Virus record (IMG/VR): IMGVR_UViG_3300033463_000089 | Span: 1-64,000 of that record | Source of the DNA: a virus | Reading direction: 5' to 3' (one strand) | DNA length: 64,000 nucleotides | In this document: one piece after another, positions 37,573 to 45,295 of the stretch | Layout: each line of letters begins with the position of its first letter | How positions within the stretch are numbered: the stretch's first letter is position 1 | Position numbers and translations under genes: made by a program | Notes under the pieces: model-generated | Databases searched by the model: none | Told to the model about the DNA's origin: nothing | Seen by the model: the letters and a program-made list of their open reading frames with translations, nothing else

Positions 37573-38571
37573 TTATTTCTTGGGAAGAAGTGAACCGCCT
37601 TGTTTGTTTCCACTTGGAAGGAGGCTTTTCTTTGGTGTTGTGGTCTTTGTTTTGCTACTGCTTTGAGTACCCGTAGAACCTCTCCTACTCTTTTGAGAAG
37701 TCCATGTGACAGTTCCATCCGGATTCTCTTTCTTTGTCCTTGTTTCAGTAACGTCATAATCGGAAAGACCACCCCTTCGGCCGCCACCACCACCGCTTCT
37801 ACCGCCTCCTGTGCGGTTGTTGCGTGCGATAACACTCTCTTCTTTCTGCGGCAAATACTTGTTGACAATCTCTTTTCGCTCGTTCTCAGTAATCTGCCCC
37901 TTTGCTTTCAATTCGTTCAAATAGGTCAGTACGTTCTGTGTCTGGATACGTGCCTCATTGAGATTTGCCCTTGCGTCTGATTCGTTCTTCTTCAATTCAT
38001 AATCACGTGCATCCTTCGCCTGGTTGTATCTGAACTGCTGCTCCCACTTCTCCATCGCGGCGTCCTGCTGTGCTTTCTGCTGCTGGTAGTTGTAGTAAAT
38101 CTGATTCGCCCTGTCTCTGAGTGCCTTGCCTTGCTGATAGCGGGCATACTCTTCATTGACGGGGTTATTGAACTGCTGGGCCGGTGCGCCCTTGGTCGTG
38201 TTGTAGATATTACCGATATGTCTGAGCGCGTCGCCAATAGCCAAGATACGCTGATTCATCACACTGGCCTTCCTCAGTTTCTCTTCATCTTCTGGAGAGG
38301 TATAGAGGGAGTTAAGGTAGTCCAATGCACCCTGCGGATTGTTCGAGCCGCCCGTGTATTGCTTCGGTTGAGAAGAAACCGCAGGGGTTTTCACTACGGG
38401 TGTAGGCTGAATAGGCTGTGATACTGCGCCCGTCTCAGAGTTGGCAGCTTGCTTACCTGCTGCAAACTGCTCAGGCGTCTCACCCTGCACTTGGCCGGGT
38501 GTGTTCTGCTGAACGGTGTCTGCATTGGGGTAATACTTCTGCTTCTGTTGAGCAAATAAATTATATTCCAT
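37573..38571 (-). CDS. Q/N-rich coiled-coil protein with RGG/poly-Gly box
   Basis: 332-aa ORF, first gene behind late-type promoter 3 and directly upstream of the giant ORF. Contains NRTGGGRSGGGGGRRGG. Confidence 0.6.
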   Translation of the reverse strand: MEYNLFAQQKQKYYPNADTVQQNTPGQVQGETPEQFAAGKQAANSETGAVSQPIQPTPVVKTPAVSSQPKQYTGGSNNPQGALDYLNSLYTSPEDEEKLRKASVMNQRILAIGDALRHIGNIYNTTKGAPAQQFNNPVNEEYARYQQGKALRDRANQIYYNYQQQKAQQDAAMEKWEQQFRYNQAKDARDYELKKNESDARANLNEARIQTQNVLTYLNELKAKGQITENERKEIVNKYLPQKEESVIARNNRTGGGRSGGGGGRRGGLSDYDVTETRTKKENPDGTVTWTSQKSRRGSTGTQSSSKTKTTTPKKSLLPSGNKQGGSLLPKK

Positions 38572-38594
38572 AAAAATAACGTTATTTCTTCGGG

Positions 38595-38636
38595 CAAATA
38601 TAGCGCATACGCGCGTACCTTCTTCCTCGTCTCGGA
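38595..38636 (-). promoter_or_regulatory. Late-type promoter 3 (332-aa gene + giant ORF)
   Basis: The minus strand reads TCCGAGACGAGGAAGA (38636-38621), an 18-nt spacer, then TATATTTG (38602-38595). ATG lies 23 nt downstream. Confidence 0.6.
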
Positions 38637-38664
38637 TTGTGCATTTGTTATATTTTATTAATTG

Positions 38665-38690
38665 TATTTGCTATCTTTTGCTATCTTTTG
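38665..38690 (+). repeat. 10-bp-phased T-tract array, near-identical to the int-upstream array
   Basis: TATTTG CTATCTTTTG CTATCTTTTG, about 45-70 nt upstream of the -7 box at 38733. Confidence 0.55.
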
Positions 38691-38732
38691 TCGCCGAATT
38701 GTGCTTTATTTGCATTTTTCAGACGAAATTCC

Positions 38733-38740
38733 TATATTTG
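38733..38740 (+). promoter_or_regulatory. Bacteroidota-type -7 box TATATTTG
   Basis: 8 nt upstream of ATG 38748, so the mRNA would be nearly leaderless. Confidence 0.45.
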
Positions 38741-38747
38741 CAGCATT

Positions 38748-39266
38748 ATGAAGCAAGATTATAGTCTATCAAAACAGATGCAGGACGACCTCATCAAAGC
38801 CTATAACGAGGTCGCAAAGCATTGCTGGTATCAGAAGGATGCCTACAGGAGAACGGTCGAGCACCCGGCTCCGAGGTATTATGTGTCGCCGCATCATGCA
38901 GCAGAAATCCTCTCTCCCATGCTACGGGGTGATTTCAGTCGTGTGGACAAGATGCACCCGAACAAACGGAGATTGTACTATTCTCTCTACAAAGAGGTGG
39001 CTAAGATGTCAGAAGAGAGGGAGTTCGTAGGCAAGTCGCTTACTTACGTCGCTCAGTTCGCCGTCTTACGCCCTGCCCCCGAGTTCTTTTTATCAGTCAG
39101 TCAGTTCCAGGACATGAGGCTATGGATAAAGAGGGGACTGATACGCGACGATGGCAGTTACACTCCCCTCCCTCATCTTGTTCGCTCACATGAGAGGCTG
39201 ACGAAGAAACGCGCGAGGGCGAAAGCCAGAAGAGAAGCGTTGGAGAAAAAGGACTTAGAAGCTTGA
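38748..39266 (+). CDS. Hypothetical basic protein
   Basis: Track ORF trimmed to MKQDYSLSK (ATG 38748), 8 nt after a TATATTTG box. Basic C-terminus KKRARAKARREALEKK. Its 3' end overlaps the terL stop by 12 nt (convergent). Confidence 0.5.
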   Translation: MKQDYSLSKQMQDDLIKAYNEVAKHCWYQKDAYRRTVEHPAPRYYVSPHHAAEILSPMLRGDFSRVDKMHPNKRRLYYSLYKEVAKMSEEREFVGKSLTYVAQFAVLRPAPEFFLSVSQFQDMRLWIKRGLIRDDGSYTPLPHLVRSHERLTKKRARAKARREALEKKDLEA

Positions 39267-41432
39267 CTCCGTTTTCAGAACGTTCTCCCTCGGCTTCTTG
39301 TACTCGCTCTTCCATGCAGGGGCGTAGGCCGGCGCGTTAAAGGCTATCCACAGGCCGATGGCCGTAGACATCAGCACGTCGTCATGCTTGCCAGAGCCGG
39401 GTTTGTTACCCATCGTGCCGTCATCCCTTCTCTCATACCAGCCTAATTCCCTATACATTTCCTCGTCGGGTTCTTCCCACAGCTTATCATCCACACAGGC
39501 AGTAAGGTTGTCTATTATCCAACCCTTAGTCAGTTTGTTGGTTTGGAAACCGTAGATAGGCTTCACACCTTCTGTCGTACTCTCGGGTTCTTTCGTCCTC
39601 TGATAGAGGTTAGGATAATAGCCTGCTATCTCTTCGATAATCGTTCCGAAGTGATCGCCCTCGGTGTTGTTCTCCCTCTCTCGGTCTGCGGTGTTACTCT
39701 CGATAACCAATATAGCATTATCGTAGTAATGTGCTAAAGCGGCTGCAGTCCACGCCAAGATGTCATGTCTGATATGTCCTCGCCACCTTGCAACCACTCT
39801 TGGTCTACCTTGTACCTCGGGACATAAACCCATGAGGTCTAAGACAGTCATCACGGTATAGTCGCTCGTTACTGACTTACCGCCAATATCTACAGAGACA
39901 AGGTATCTGTTCTTGACCTTGAAGATATGGTTATTAGGCTCTGCCCACACCTTCAACTCTCCCTGCCCGTCATCACGGACTTTAATATCCGCGTTAAGGA
40001 AAACATTCTTGTTCCTTCTCTCAAAGGGTGGTAGGTTGATGTTCGCAGTGTATTGAGGCGGACGGGGTTTACAATCTTCCCTTAAAGCGTCGATTGAATA
40101 GGGGTCGAACACAAGGTTACCCGAGTTTCTAAACGCCTCTACGGGGTCTATAGGGGCCTCGGTAGCCATATAAGCATGGTTCTTGTGCTTATTTCTTGTG
40201 TGTCTGTACCAGTTAATAGCTTCAAAGCAAGCACCTAACTTCCACATCTTCCAGAAGAACCTGCCAGCCTCGCGGAATCCTGCAGGGCACCGGTCATATT
40301 CCCTATTCTCAAACAACCACTTGGCGAACTCAATCTCTTCCTCTGGAGAGAAACCGACCTCACCCTTCGGCTCCATGTCGTTCTCAATCATATAGAAGGG
40401 GATGAAGAGGAACTTATAAGCACTTGTTGAGTCCTCTTTCATCGCGTCTTGACACAAATCGTAGAAGAATCCCGAGTTACCCATACCAGTACTTTCAAAC
40501 ACCTCTATCTCGTCTGGTAAGCCAATCAGACCACCGGACGCAGAAGAGATAACCGATTCGGGGTCGTGCTCAGGGGTTTTCTTCCACAGAGCGACCTCGG
40601 AATAGTGAATACACTTGAAGTTATCACCTCTCAGCTTCTCATAGTTCTCAAACGAAGCGACACTAAGAGTAGTACTTCTTACAGCAAATCTACCATCAGT
40701 AACCACGAAGTCAGAGTCCGAGCCTTCATAGGGATTCATCTTGAACTTCGTTCCGGGCATCCCCAGCGTCCACCCTGCTTGATTCTCGATGGCTTTTCGG
40801 TACATGGCCTTAATCTTCTTAGACGTAGAGCCGACTTGCGCAAGGATAGCGGCGTTCCAACCATTCGGGTGTCTAAAGTCCTGCATCCACTTGATATACA
40901 TCTGCACCAACGTACTTCCACCCCACTGACGAGCCTTTAACAGAGCGATGAGGATAGGTTTGTTCTCATGCCTCAAATCCTCCATCAAGTTCAAGAGTAC
41001 TCTTTGGGCGTATCTCAGCCTAAAGGGGATAAGCTGGCCGGTTGTCTTATCCACGATAACGTCAGTGACGTACATCGCAAACTCGGGATCGTCGATGAAT
41101 CTTGCTTGGAAAAGGGCTTCTTCCACTTCTTGGTGGTATTCCTGGTCGTACTCCCTTCCACCCATAAAACCCTTCTCGATATATTTCTTGATACTCCCGT
41201 ATTTCAAGACCTCACTATAAATCAAGGTCTGTAATGTCTCTTTCGGCACCCACATCTCGGGAATCATACAGTCCTTTATCTTGATATGGATTCGCTTTCC
41301 TTCCTTGAAACCATAACAGCCAACTCCAGTCAAAGGCTCATACGGGCCGTATATCTCCTGCCTCCTTCGGTGATTCTCGGCGATAATCTCCTTTACACCG
41401 TCATCTAACACTAACTTCTCTTCTTCTTTCAT
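39255..41432 (-). CDS. terL: Terminase large subunit
   Basis: 725 aa. Walker A-like LLKARQWGGSTLVQ (the KxRQxGxS pattern of large terminases), Walker B-like CIHYSEVA and ESTGMG. Size and context fit. Confidence 0.85.
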   Translation of the reverse strand: MKEEEKLVLDDGVKEIIAENHRRRQEIYGPYEPLTGVGCYGFKEGKRIHIKIKDCMIPEMWVPKETLQTLIYSEVLKYGSIKKYIEKGFMGGREYDQEYHQEVEEALFQARFIDDPEFAMYVTDVIVDKTTGQLIPFRLRYAQRVLLNLMEDLRHENKPILIALLKARQWGGSTLVQMYIKWMQDFRHPNGWNAAILAQVGSTSKKIKAMYRKAIENQAGWTLGMPGTKFKMNPYEGSDSDFVVTDGRFAVRSTTLSVASFENYEKLRGDNFKCIHYSEVALWKKTPEHDPESVISSASGGLIGLPDEIEVFESTGMGNSGFFYDLCQDAMKEDSTSAYKFLFIPFYMIENDMEPKGEVGFSPEEEIEFAKWLFENREYDRCPAGFREAGRFFWKMWKLGACFEAINWYRHTRNKHKNHAYMATEAPIDPVEAFRNSGNLVFDPYSIDALREDCKPRPPQYTANINLPPFERRNKNVFLNADIKVRDDGQGELKVWAEPNNHIFKVKNRYLVSVDIGGKSVTSDYTVMTVLDLMGLCPEVQGRPRVVARWRGHIRHDILAWTAAALAHYYDNAILVIESNTADRERENNTEGDHFGTIIEEIAGYYPNLYQRTKEPESTTEGVKPIYGFQTNKLTKGWIIDNLTACVDDKLWEEPDEEMYRELGWYERRDDGTMGNKPGSGKHDDVLMSTAIGLWIAFNAPAYAPAWKSEYKKPRENVLKTESSF

Positions 41433-41859
41433 ACAATCCGAACAAATAACCGACTAACATACAATAGATATGCAACAAACCATTCACATGAGGCAAGAAT
41501 AAGGGGATAACCAGAAACCACTTGTTCCTCCAAACCATATCCCTAAACTTCCCTATCCTGCCCCAAGAGATTCCTACAATAGCAAAAAGCACTCCGCTCA
41601 TCCCTACCGTCTCTTCACTACAAAAACACGGCAAGAACGAACAGAGTACCCCAATCAAGTATGAAGACAACAAAAACAATCTACATGGTATCAGCCAAAA
41701 ACATAACAGGTTGGCTAATAAATGGAAAATGTTCGCATGACTGAACACATAAACGAAATGACCTGATAAATCACCCGGATAACCGTGCTTCGGCAAAAAG
41801 ACGTACCAAAGGACGATTACCAGACTGACTATAATCTTCTGAATATAATGATTCATCAT
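41401..41859 (-). CDS. Rhomboid-family intramembrane serine protease (minimal six-helix form)
   Basis: 152 aa. FSHANIFHLLANLL (HxxxN of TM2), VGMSGVLFAIVG (GxSG of TM4) and LLHIYCMLVGYLFG (His plus GxxxG of TM6). Overlaps the terL start by 32 nt and the upstream gene by ATGA. Confidence 0.7.
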   Translation of the reverse strand: MMNHYIQKIIVSLVIVLWYVFLPKHGYPGDLSGHFVYVFSHANIFHLLANLLCFWLIPCRLFLLSSYLIGVLCSFLPCFCSEETVGMSGVLFAIVGISWGRIGKFRDMVWRNKWFLVIPLFLPHVNGLLHIYCMLVGYLFGLYERRREVSVR

Positions 41860-42101
41860 GTCTTACGGATATTATGCTTGTAATTCCTCGTATATCGGTT
41901 GGCATACTTGTGACAATCCCAGCCCGGCGCACGCTCAAAACCCTTTGACTTAACAAGATTCCTAATAGTCGGAGCAGAAACACCTAACTGGTCTGCTATA
42001 TCCGAACAACTCTCGGTCTTATACAACTCCCTAATAGTCTCTAACTCTTCGTCAGAGAAAACTATCCTACCCTTCTGGATTCCACTTAACTTCGTCGGCA
42101 T
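41856..42101 (-). CDS. HTH DNA-binding protein (small-terminase candidate)
   Basis: 81 aa. HTH CSDIADQLGVSAPTIRNLVK. Located upstream of terL in the packaging operon. Confidence 0.45.
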   Translation of the reverse strand: MPTKLSGIQKGRIVFSDEELETIRELYKTESCSDIADQLGVSAPTIRNLVKSKGFERAPGWDCHKYANRYTRNYKHNIRKT

Positions 42102-42103
42102 AA

Positions 42104-42391
42104 CTATAACTCACTAAATACTTTTATATACTCACTCGCAAAATCTATCGCTCTGCCTAACTCCCTAACATCGGGCATACGATAAATACTCGGAACACTC
42201 TGAACCCTCCTGTAACGGTTGGCTTGAATCAATACAGCCCTAAAGTGCCTCATGGCCTTCTTGGAGACAAACTTCAAAGGCAACCTGCATCGGTCATCAC
42301 ACTTGCTCATGTCATAAACAAGGAAAGGACAAAAACCGTAACCGTCAGTATCCTCACCATGAAACCAACAACATTCTCCACAATAATTCAT
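42104..42391 (-). CDS. Hypothetical Cys-rich protein
   Basis: 95 aa, with MNYCGECCWFHGEDTDGYGFCPF...CDDRC. Confidence 0.5.
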   Translation of the reverse strand: MNYCGECCWFHGEDTDGYGFCPFLVYDMSKCDDRCRLPLKFVSKKAMRHFRAVLIQANRYRRVQSVPSIYRMPDVRELGRAIDFASEYIKVFSEL

Positions 42392-42529
42392 AGGACGTTT
42401 CAGTATCTTGTAAAGGGTTCCTATACCCCCGGGGGTGACAAAGAAAACAGAATGTGTATGTGTGTCTTATTCCGCTGTACCTTGCTCGGGTGGTCAACAC
42501 CCCCACCCCCTTGGGGTCGGTTCGATTCG

Positions 42530-43255
42530 TCACGACTTCCGGCCAAACACATCGGTCTGCACCTTCGCGGCATTGGCACGCATCCCCTTTACCGCTTCCT
42601 CCGCGTTGACTGCGGTAGCATATTCGCGTGTCGTTGGTGCGGTCGTACCATTATTATTACCACCTTGCAGGCTTGTAGGCTTCGTAGTTGCTTGGTCTAT
42701 CGCCCCTGCTGCACTCATTATCGCGTTACTGGCTCCTTGTGCCGCTTGTGTGATGTTCTGTGCCTTGGCTTGCTCCCTTTGCATATCCATTTGGGCGAAA
42801 TTGGCTTCCTGCTGACGATGCAAGTTATCCACTTGTGCCTTTCTCTGCTCGTCTGTGGCGGCAATATTGGCAATTGTGTCGCCCATCATCTTGTTAGACG
42901 CTTCCTTGGCTTGTGCTACGCTTGCATCAGTTCCACCGGCAACCGCTTGCGCCCCTGCTGCTTTCTTCCATTGGTTGTCAGCCAGTTCCTTGGCACGTCT
43001 CACAAGGTTCTGCCCTGCTGCGGTGTCGAGATAGTCCTCATGGTATCGTCTGTTATACCATGCTTCTTCCTTGGCTTCCTGCTCTCTCTGCCGTCTCTCG
43101 GCTCGTTTCGCAGCCTTAGACGCACTAATTCCACCAATAAGTGATGTTGCAAGGCCTACGCCTGCACCGATGGCAGACGCAATCCATTCCTTGCGTTGAG
43201 GAACTAAGCTATTCCCCATGCCCAAAGGCTGATTTGTGTACTTTGTCGCTTTCAT
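42530..43255 (-). CDS. Membrane-anchored coiled-coil protein
   Basis: 241 aa. One hydrophobic helix (IASAIGAGVGLATSLIGGI), then an A/Q/K/E-rich region. First ORF of the packaging operon. Confidence 0.5.
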   Translation of the reverse strand: MKATKYTNQPLGMGNSLVPQRKEWIASAIGAGVGLATSLIGGISASKAAKRAERRQREQEAKEEAWYNRRYHEDYLDTAAGQNLVRRAKELADNQWKKAAGAQAVAGGTDASVAQAKEASNKMMGDTIANIAATDEQRKAQVDNLHRQQEANFAQMDMQREQAKAQNITQAAQGASNAIMSAAGAIDQATTKPTSLQGGNNNGTTAPTTREYATAVNAEEAVKGMRANAAKVQTDVFGRKS

Positions 43256-43426
43256 ATCTTACCTTGTTTGAAATGTTAAAATCGCGTTCTATTTAGCATA
43301 ATCGCTGTTATGTGTGTTAAAATCGCCCTTTTCCTGCATATCCATGCAAAAAACTGCATATTCGGGAGATTCTTTGACATTTCTCGTCACTCTCCGGCAA
43401 TACTGGGCAACATCGCTCACACGCCG

Positions 43427-43468
43427 CAAATATAAGGGGTTTGGAAAAACACTCTTCCCCGTCTCGGA
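43427..43468 (-). promoter_or_regulatory. Late-type promoter 4 (packaging operon)
   Basis: The minus strand reads TCCGAGACGGGGAAGA (43468-43453), an 18-nt spacer, then TATATTTG (43434-43427). A 171-nt leader precedes ATG 43255. Confidence 0.55.
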
Positions 43469-43867
43469 TAGTACATTCCCGATTTAAGGTACTTTAACGG
43501 GGTTTTTTGGCCATTTTTCCCCTCTCTCACTCTCTCATTTCCCTTTGTTGTATTTCTTTACTTTTCGCCTTATTTTCTATCTCCTTAGCTTTCAGCATTT
43601 TAGTCTCGACCGTACACTAAGGGAGATAAAGAGAAAGTGTTGGGGTTTTTTACCTTGCCCGATTTAGTACAGAAAACTATCTGATTCGGCAAAGTTTTGT
43701 TAAAAGGCACACGGATTTAGTTCGATATATGCAATTATCGTGCTATATCGTTACGGAAATGTTAAAATGTGGGTTTAGTGTGCACAAATAGTTCACAAAT
43801 AGGGGTTTTGCATGGTTTTATGGCTTAGGAACTGGATAAGAAAGACTGATAGTGCGCACTTATTCAT

Positions 43868-44470
43868 CTAATAGTCTTCATCAACCTCTTTTATCTGCGA
43901 TATGTCATATACGCCGTTGTTAATCTTGTAGTAAATAAAATCTACATATTCTCTATCTACGCAATCTTCGCAAGTTGTTTCTATTGATTCAATATCCCTA
44001 AAGTTTAATCTTGTTGTTGTTCCCTCTATTCCAGAACAATTGCCACTAATGTGTAGTTTACCAGGATATTCCATATAAACATACAACTTACTAAAATCAG
44101 CTTCGTTATTATACAAGAGGTCAACCCACGCTTTTCTCTCTTCCCAGTAGAAGTTCACTTTCTTTCTCTCGCGTAATTCTTGGTTGTATTTCTTTTGTTC
44201 TTCTGCGGTATAACAGAACTTGCACATCTTCTTTTCCTTGTAGTTCGCATCTTTTTTGCTTATCCTGCTTATCTTATAATCTCTTTCTTTCGCTATCTTT
44301 ACGAATCTGCATTTATTTGGATTGTTTGTAGAGTGGATATAGTTTGTTTTTTCCACAAGATACTCCTTTCCCCAATCTCTTGAAGAATAGCCGACATATA
44401 AAATAACTGCTAATATTAGTATCTCGGTTAGGCAGCAGCCAAAGTCTTTCATTTTGGATTCATTATTCAT
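43868..44470 (-). CDS. Membrane-anchored protein of the AT-rich moron island
   Basis: 200 aa. N-terminal TM (CCLTEILILAVILYVGY). The C-terminal Hx4CSxI...CxxCVDxxY motif is shared with the upstream 95-aa gene. Confidence 0.55.
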   Translation of the reverse strand: MNNESKMKDFGCCLTEILILAVILYVGYSSRDWGKEYLVEKTNYIHSTNNPNKCRFVKIAKERDYKISRISKKDANYKEKKMCKFCYTAEEQKKYNQELRERKKVNFYWEERKAWVDLLYNNEADFSKLYVYMEYPGKLHISGNCSGIEGTTTRLNFRDIESIETTCEDCVDREYVDFIYYKINNGVYDISQIKEVDEDY

Positions 44471-44474
44471 AAGG

Positions 44475-44762
44475 CTACCATGTGCAGTTTAGAAGTTCGT
44501 AGGCTCTATCATTCACGCATTTGGTACAGAAAGACCAATCAGAAGTGTTTATGGACTTTACTTGTTCGCTTTCAATCCATTTCACATCTCCGCTTATCAT
44601 GCTGCAATCTTTCTTTGCATGGCAGACGTTTTCAGTATTTTTCCATCTGTTGTAATGTTCCAGATACACATATTTACCCAAAGGGAAGTAATAGCGATAA
44701 ACGGCGATGGCCAGTAATACCACAAATAGCGATATTACGCCTGATGTGATGTATCTTTTCAT
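44475..44762 (-). CDS. Membrane-anchored protein (paralogous His/Cys domain)
   Basis: 95 aa. N-terminal TM (GVISLFVVLLAIAVY), then HAKKDCSMISG...CTKCVNDRAY. Its own -7 box lies at 44788-44795. Confidence 0.55.
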   Translation of the reverse strand: MKRYITSGVISLFVVLLAIAVYRYYFPLGKYVYLEHYNRWKNTENVCHAKKDCSMISGDVKWIESEQVKSINTSDWSFCTKCVNDRAYELLNCTW

Positions 44763-44787
44763 GCGATAGGTTATTTATTTGTCGCGT

Positions 44788-44795
44788 CAAAGATA
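44788..44795 (-). promoter_or_regulatory. Bacteroidota-type -7 box TATCTTTG (moron genes)
   Basis: The reverse complement of CAAAGATA lies 25 nt upstream of ATG 44762. Confidence 0.5.
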
Positions 44796-44863
44796 CGGAA
44801 ATATTCTGTTGGTTGTAACGATGTGCCGGAAGATTTAGGATAAATTAAAGGAAGAGAGCCAGT

Positions 44864-45133
44864 TTAACCCTCTTCCTCCGCTACGAAAGGAGTAACTTTG
44901 ATTCGTATCTCCTTGCCACAATGAGGGCACGTTAATGTGCCATCTCCAAATAATTCGGGAACACTAACATTTAATGCGTCTGCAATTCGTTTAAGGTAAT
45001 TCATATCGAAATTGTTTCTCGCAATTGCTTGGCTGAACGATACCGGCTTAATGCCTATCTTTTTCGCCAGTTCTGCTTGTGTTATCCCCCTCTCTTTACA
45101 GAGGTCTTTAATGCGTAAATCTGATTTCGCCAT
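44864..45133 (-). CDS. XRE-family HTH regulator with C-terminal CxxC zinc-ribbon-like tail
   Basis: Track ORF trimmed to MAKSDLRIKDL (ATG 45131-45133), because a TATATTTG box (45158-45165) lies inside the longer ORF. HTH ITQAELAKKIGIKPVSFSQ. C-terminal CPHCGKEI. Confidence 0.7.
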   Translation of the reverse strand: MAKSDLRIKDLCKERGITQAELAKKIGIKPVSFSQAIARNNFDMNYLKRIADALNVSVPELFGDGTLTCPHCGKEIRIKVTPFVAEEEG

Positions 45134-45157
45134 ATCGCTATATTTTGAAACTCCCTG

Positions 45158-45165
45158 CAAATATA
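45158..45165 (-). promoter_or_regulatory. Bacteroidota-type -7 box TATATTTG (XRE gene)
   Basis: The reverse complement of CAAATATA lies 24 nt upstream of ATG 45133. Confidence 0.5.
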
Positions 45166-45287
45166 CAACAATTTCGTTTCTCTGCGAAATTATTTAAGAA
45201 ATGTTATGTATTAAGACGAAAGTTTTAATTTTCCTTAAATATAGCACCAAAACATAACTTTTCCTTGGAAGTTTAGCATAAATGCTA

Positions 45288-45295
45288 TATCTTTG
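45288..45295 (+). promoter_or_regulatory. Bacteroidota-type -7 box TATCTTTG (early operon)
   Basis: Divergent from the XRE gene. Followed by a ~285-nt ORF-free leader before ATG 45589. Confidence 0.5.

Noticed and set aside
38671-38690. Tandem CTATCTTTTG units as a possible CRISPR or other array.
   Set aside because: There are only two or three 10-bp units with no spacers. The pattern is better explained as phased T-tracts or protein-binding sites.
42224-43144. 306-aa plus-strand ORF.
   Set aside because: It is antisense to the better minus-strand genes 42104-42391 and 42530-43255. The sequence is Cys/Leu/Arg-rich and junk-like, and it starts inside another gene.
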